Source: Fidelibacterota bacterium
Lineage (GTDB): Bacteria > Fidelibacterota > Marinisomatia > Marinisomatales > TCS55
Direction of reading: 5' to 3'
NCBI GenBank assembly: GCA_036166315.1
Contig: JAYZHS010000068.1
Span: forward strand, 1-45,882
DNA length: 45,882 bases
Under the pieces are notes generated by a model. It ran no database searches. It was not told the DNA's origin and saw only the letters and a program-made list of their open reading frames with translations. This document shows positions 42,957 through 45,882 of this stretch, in pieces. A program made the translations under genes and the position numbers. Each line of letters begins with the position of its first letter. Position 1 is the first letter of the stretch.

Positions 42957-43790
42957 ATGATAATTTATAATAGAACAGAATATTCTGAGCTAAATAACCA
43001 GCAGTATCAAAAAGAAAAAAGACGCCTGCAGATTGAGTTGCTTAAATTACAGGAATGGACAATTCAATCTGGTCAGAGAATCGCTATTTTACTTGAAGGC
43101 AGAGATGCGGCTGGAAAAGGCTCAACGATAAAAAGATTCATTGAAAACTTAATGCCTAAAGCAATCAAGATTGTTGAGCTTGGAGTGCCAAGTAAAAAAC
43201 AAGAAAAAAATTGGTTTAAAACTTGGGAAAAGAAACTCCCAAATCAAGGAACTATCGTTTTTTTTGACCGCAGTTGGTATTCAAGAGCTATAATTCAGCC
43301 TGCAATGGGTTATTGCACAGAAAGCCAATACAAATACTTTATGAAAAAAGTTAATGCCTGGGAAAAAGGACTTATTGATAGCGGTATTATCTTAATTAAA
43401 ATTTATTTATCTATTTCTAAAGAAAATCAAAAATTACGTTTTCAATTTAGAAAAGATCATGACTTAAAATATTGGAAACTATCCTCAAACGATTGGAAGG
43501 CTCATAAAAATTGGCAGCTATTGACAGACTATAAAGAGCAAATGTTTGAAAAAACTTCTACTGTTGATGCGCCATGGGTTGTAATTAATTCTGATAATAA
43601 AATGATAGCGAGACTCAATGCCATTAGATATGTGTTATCAAATATCAATTATTCTAATAGGAAAAATCTAAAGCCTAAGAAGTGGTCAAAAGAATCGCCT
43701 GTTTATAATATCTCGCTTTTTAATACAAGGTTTGATGACTTGAGCAGAGAGCAATATGAGCTTTTAAATAAGCTAAAGGCTCATGAGTAA
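42957..43790 (+). CDS. ppk2: Polyphosphate kinase 2 (single-domain)
   Basis: Walker A LLEGRDAAGKGSTIKRF, FDRSWYSR, and a lid region. 277 aa. Confidence 0.85.
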   Translation: MIIYNRTEYSELNNQQYQKEKRRLQIELLKLQEWTIQSGQRIAILLEGRDAAGKGSTIKRFIENLMPKAIKIVELGVPSKKQEKNWFKTWEKKLPNQGTIVFFDRSWYSRAIIQPAMGYCTESQYKYFMKKVNAWEKGLIDSGIILIKIYLSISKENQKLRFQFRKDHDLKYWKLSSNDWKAHKNWQLLTDYKEQMFEKTSTVDAPWVVINSDNKMIARLNAIRYVLSNINYSNRKNLKPKKWSKESPVYNISLFNTRFDDLSREQYELLNKLKAHE

Positions 43791-43812
43791 TCATTTAACC
43801 TGATATATTCAA

Positions 43813-43847
43813 TAAAAAAAGGCCGGAAATATTCCGGCCTTTTTTTA
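43813..43847. terminator. Bidirectional rho-independent terminator
   Basis: AAAAAAAA-GGCCGGAA-ATA-TTCCGGCC-TTTTTTT. The 8-bp GC-rich stem (43821..43828 / 43832..43839) is flanked by an A-run and a T-run. It lies between convergent ppk2 (+) and the lipoprotein gene (-). Confidence 0.9.
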
Positions 43848-43867
43848 TTGAAAACTATTATCCTGCT

Positions 43868-45100
43868 CTACTTAGCCCAAGATGATTTCAAAAGAGCAAC
43901 AGAAGGATCTTCCGTATTTGATACTAGTACGTACCCATCTTTGTAAGCAAGGCCTTCAGGCTCTCCCTCACTTGTTCCACCTGACCCAGAAGTATAATCA
44001 TTCATTTCTGTAATTGATCCTGAATCGTACTTTGGATTGTTTGGATCTGTAATATCATAAACAACCACCGCTCCAGCATCTTGAAGGGTTGTTAGGACAA
44101 AAACTTTTCCACCCGCTTCAACGATTACTACTTCCTCAGGCTCAATCCCTTTTCGCTTGTCTTCCCAATCCCAGTTACTAGGTAGATCTTCAGCCATTCT
44201 TATATAGCTTTGAGTAGATGGTTTTCCTGATGAGTCAAGCTGGTGAACTCCAATAGTGCCATCGTATTCACCTGCAGTGCAGATCAAGGTACCATCAGAA
44301 TTAACCCATATTCCATCTGGTTCATGTTCAGGATTTGTGAAGGTAACCTTATCCACAAGGACATCAGGGGGATTATTTATTGAAAACCAGCCCAACTCAT
44401 TTGATTCTTGAAGCGTCATGTAAACCGTTGTTCCGTTAGGTGCGATCTTCACACCTTCAGGCTCAGCAAGATTTCCATTAGATCCAGTATGTGATATCTT
44501 CATATCTTTTACTAGTACCGCTTTATCAATTCCCGAACTAATATCGTAAATGGAAACTCCTGGAAATCCTAAGTTATCGCATCCGCCATCAACGCCATCT
44601 TCATAATCAAATTCATTAACGACCACCACATATTTATTATCAACAGCAATATCAACAGCATCTGGATTGTACCCAAGCTCATAAGGACCTGATTTTTGCA
44701 GACTAGAAGTATTGATTAGATAGAGTTCACCCCTTTTACAAGCACCTTTAGAAACAACCACCGCTAAAATAGATTCATCTACACTTACATCGATAGATGA
44801 GGCATCTGCATCAGCGTCATTGGTTATTTGAACGCTTTGACCGCTCATAGATATGCTGGTTGATGTGATATTTATAAAATCTACTGTATTCTGCTTAGAG
44901 TTTACAATTACACCAAGATCTTTGTTGATGAATCGTATGAGCTCAGGTTGCGATTGAGACCCATCGCCAGTCGTGATTTTGTCAACAAGGGTAATGCCAA
45001 AATTATCCACAACAAGCTTTTCTTCGGCTACCTTATCTTCGCAGGAAGTTAAAAGAAAAGCAAGGGATAAACTTATTCCTAGTAATAGTTTTCTGATCAT
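43868..45100 (-). CDS. Surface/periplasmic lipoprotein with beta-propeller-like repeats (LVIVD-like)
   Basis: I prefer Met9 of the listed ORF (MIRKLLLGISLSLAFLLTSC has a lipobox, and GGAG lies ~11 nt upstream). Recurrent EPEG/EPDG blades (EPEGVKIAPNG, EPDGIWVNSDG, EPEEVVIV, EPEGLAYKDG) and AVVVYDITDPNNP. Confidence 0.5.
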   Translation of the reverse strand: MIRKLLLGISLSLAFLLTSCEDKVAEEKLVVDNFGITLVDKITTGDGSQSQPELIRFINKDLGVIVNSKQNTVDFINITSTSISMSGQSVQITNDADADASSIDVSVDESILAVVVSKGACKRGELYLINTSSLQKSGPYELGYNPDAVDIAVDNKYVVVVNEFDYEDGVDGGCDNLGFPGVSIYDISSGIDKAVLVKDMKISHTGSNGNLAEPEGVKIAPNGTTVYMTLQESNELGWFSINNPPDVLVDKVTFTNPEHEPDGIWVNSDGTLICTAGEYDGTIGVHQLDSSGKPSTQSYIRMAEDLPSNWDWEDKRKGIEPEEVVIVEAGGKVFVLTTLQDAGAVVVYDITDPNNPKYDSGSITEMNDYTSGSGGTSEGEPEGLAYKDGYVLVSNTEDPSVALLKSSWAK

Positions 45101-45181
45101 TTTAAAATTTTCTCCTATAATCATTTGAAATATTTTAAGCGCTCTATTTAAATAAATTATTAATGAGGTGTTAATTTAACG

Positions 45182-45882
45182 TTAGAAGTTGAGTTCAAAT
45201 TGAACAAGTAACTGATTGTCTTTAACTTCATATTGTGGCTTCCTGCCTTCATCATCAGCAATTTCTTGAGTATCACCAGTAACTTCACCAAGAAAGTAAT
45301 ATTCAACTTTTAATTTTGCATAATCTGTCAAGTTATAGATCGAAGCTAGTGTTAATAGTTTTCTGTCCCATGTTTGAGGATCTTTTAACATGGGGAAGAA
45401 ATCACTACCACTGGGATCGATCCTTAACTCACCATAGCGAGCTAATAATAAAAGATTTTTTTGTACTTTAGAACTGCCCTCAAAATAAAATCCTCCGCGT
45501 TTTAAAAACCCATCCACAGAACCAATGGCTTCAGCTCTGAATAATGAATTCACCACATTGATCTCACCTCTAAAGCCAAACCATGAATGGTCAATATTGG
45601 CATCCTTCGATAAGACCGTATCAGGTTCAACAGTTGCGTAATAATCAAAATCGTAATGCAATCTTTTTTTCCAGTCTTCATCATCAATCAATTTACCGGT
45701 GTAGTACCAACCTTTGAACCGCATGACTCCTAGCTCCATACCAGCTCTGAGCCCCATTTCATAGGTTTGGCCATCAACTTTTTCACTATCCCCATAAACA
45801 AGCATTCTAAATGATTTATCTTCAGCGGCGTCATCGTAATCGAGCGGTCTTTTGAGAGCAAGTGATGCCCCGTAGTTAAAAA
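45182..45882 (-). CDS. Outer-membrane beta-barrel protein, 5'-truncated by the window edge
   Basis: The frame stays open upstream of the listed Met to position 45882 (...FNYGASLALKRPLDYDDAAEDKSFRMLVYG...). Alternating beta-strand pattern. The terminal LLVQFELNF has a C-terminal Phe. Confidence 0.65.
   Translation of the reverse strand, partial: FNYGASLALKRPLDYDDAAEDKSFRMLVYGDSEKVDGQTYEMGLRAGMELGVMRFKGWYYTGKLIDDEDWKKRLHYDFDYYATVEPDTVLSKDANIDHSWFGFRGEINVVNSLFRAEAIGSVDGFLKRGGFYFEGSSKVQKNLLLLARYGELRIDPSGSDFFPMLKDPQTWDRKLLTLASIYNLTDYAKLKVEYYFLGEVTGDTQEIADDEGRKPQYEVKDNQLLVQFELNF

Noticed and set aside
1-45882. Mobile elements, prophage, toxin-antitoxin or known defence systems (restriction-modification, CRISPR-Cas, Abi, CBASS, retrons and similar), and RNA genes.
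   Set aside because: No integrase, transposase, recombinase, nuclease-helicase or cyclase signatures appear among the translated ORFs. No terminal inverted repeats flank any block. No intergenic region is long or structured enough for a tRNA or rRNA. The window reads as core or accessory metabolism and envelope biogenesis.

Overview
AT-rich (about one-third G+C by eye) and very gene-dense chromosomal window. I call about 48 CDS, and most junctions are 20 nt or less or overlap. I found no rRNA, tRNA, CRISPR array, transposase, integrase or recognisable defence genes. The gene content points to a diderm, probably marine, heterotroph: LPS-heptose genes, LolA-like proteins, C-terminal-Phe beta-barrels, lipoboxes, and TAT-signal Gfo/Idh/MocA plus DUF1080 genes.

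Gene order:
- Truncated ORF carrying a 9-bp tandem repeat.
- Two paralogous small membrane proteins plus a 70-aa XRE regulator.
- GtrA / GT39 / acyltransferase-3 / MBL-hydrolase envelope-modification operon.
- selU.
- A 990-aa TPR lipoprotein.
- Seven-gene operon: DoxX, TAT-Gfo/Idh/MocA, NupG-like MFS, Gfo/Idh/MocA, two DUF1080 genes, TAT TIM-barrel. It matches the 3-keto-glycoside (oxidation/elimination/hydration) route of glycoside cleavage.
- Periplasmic M24 aminopeptidase plus a cysteine dioxygenase.
- Glycolytic operon: gap, PPi-PFK, class I aldolase.
- Six translationally coupled genes starting with thiamine pyrophosphokinase, an SSS transporter and a CYTH protein.
- TetR / MMPL-RND / DUF805 / LolA-like / OM barrel / LolA-like putative envelope export system.
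- A glycosyltransferase, then an OmpR/HK two-component pair followed at 3-38 nt spacings by four glycosyltransferases.
- HD (SpoT-like) hydrolase, hldD and PPK2.
- A beta-propeller lipoprotein and a truncated OM barrel.

The most unusual object is the first gene of the glycolytic operon (18267..19529). It is a full-length GAPDH paralogue with the catalytic Cys, the Ps-site TGA motif and the catalytic-site Arg all replaced. It also carries an ~85-aa N-terminal extension with XRE-type helix-turn-helix spacing. I read it as a candidate ex-enzyme (trigger-pseudoenzyme) regulator of gap-pfp-fba. All functional calls come from motif recognition by eye; no database search was run.
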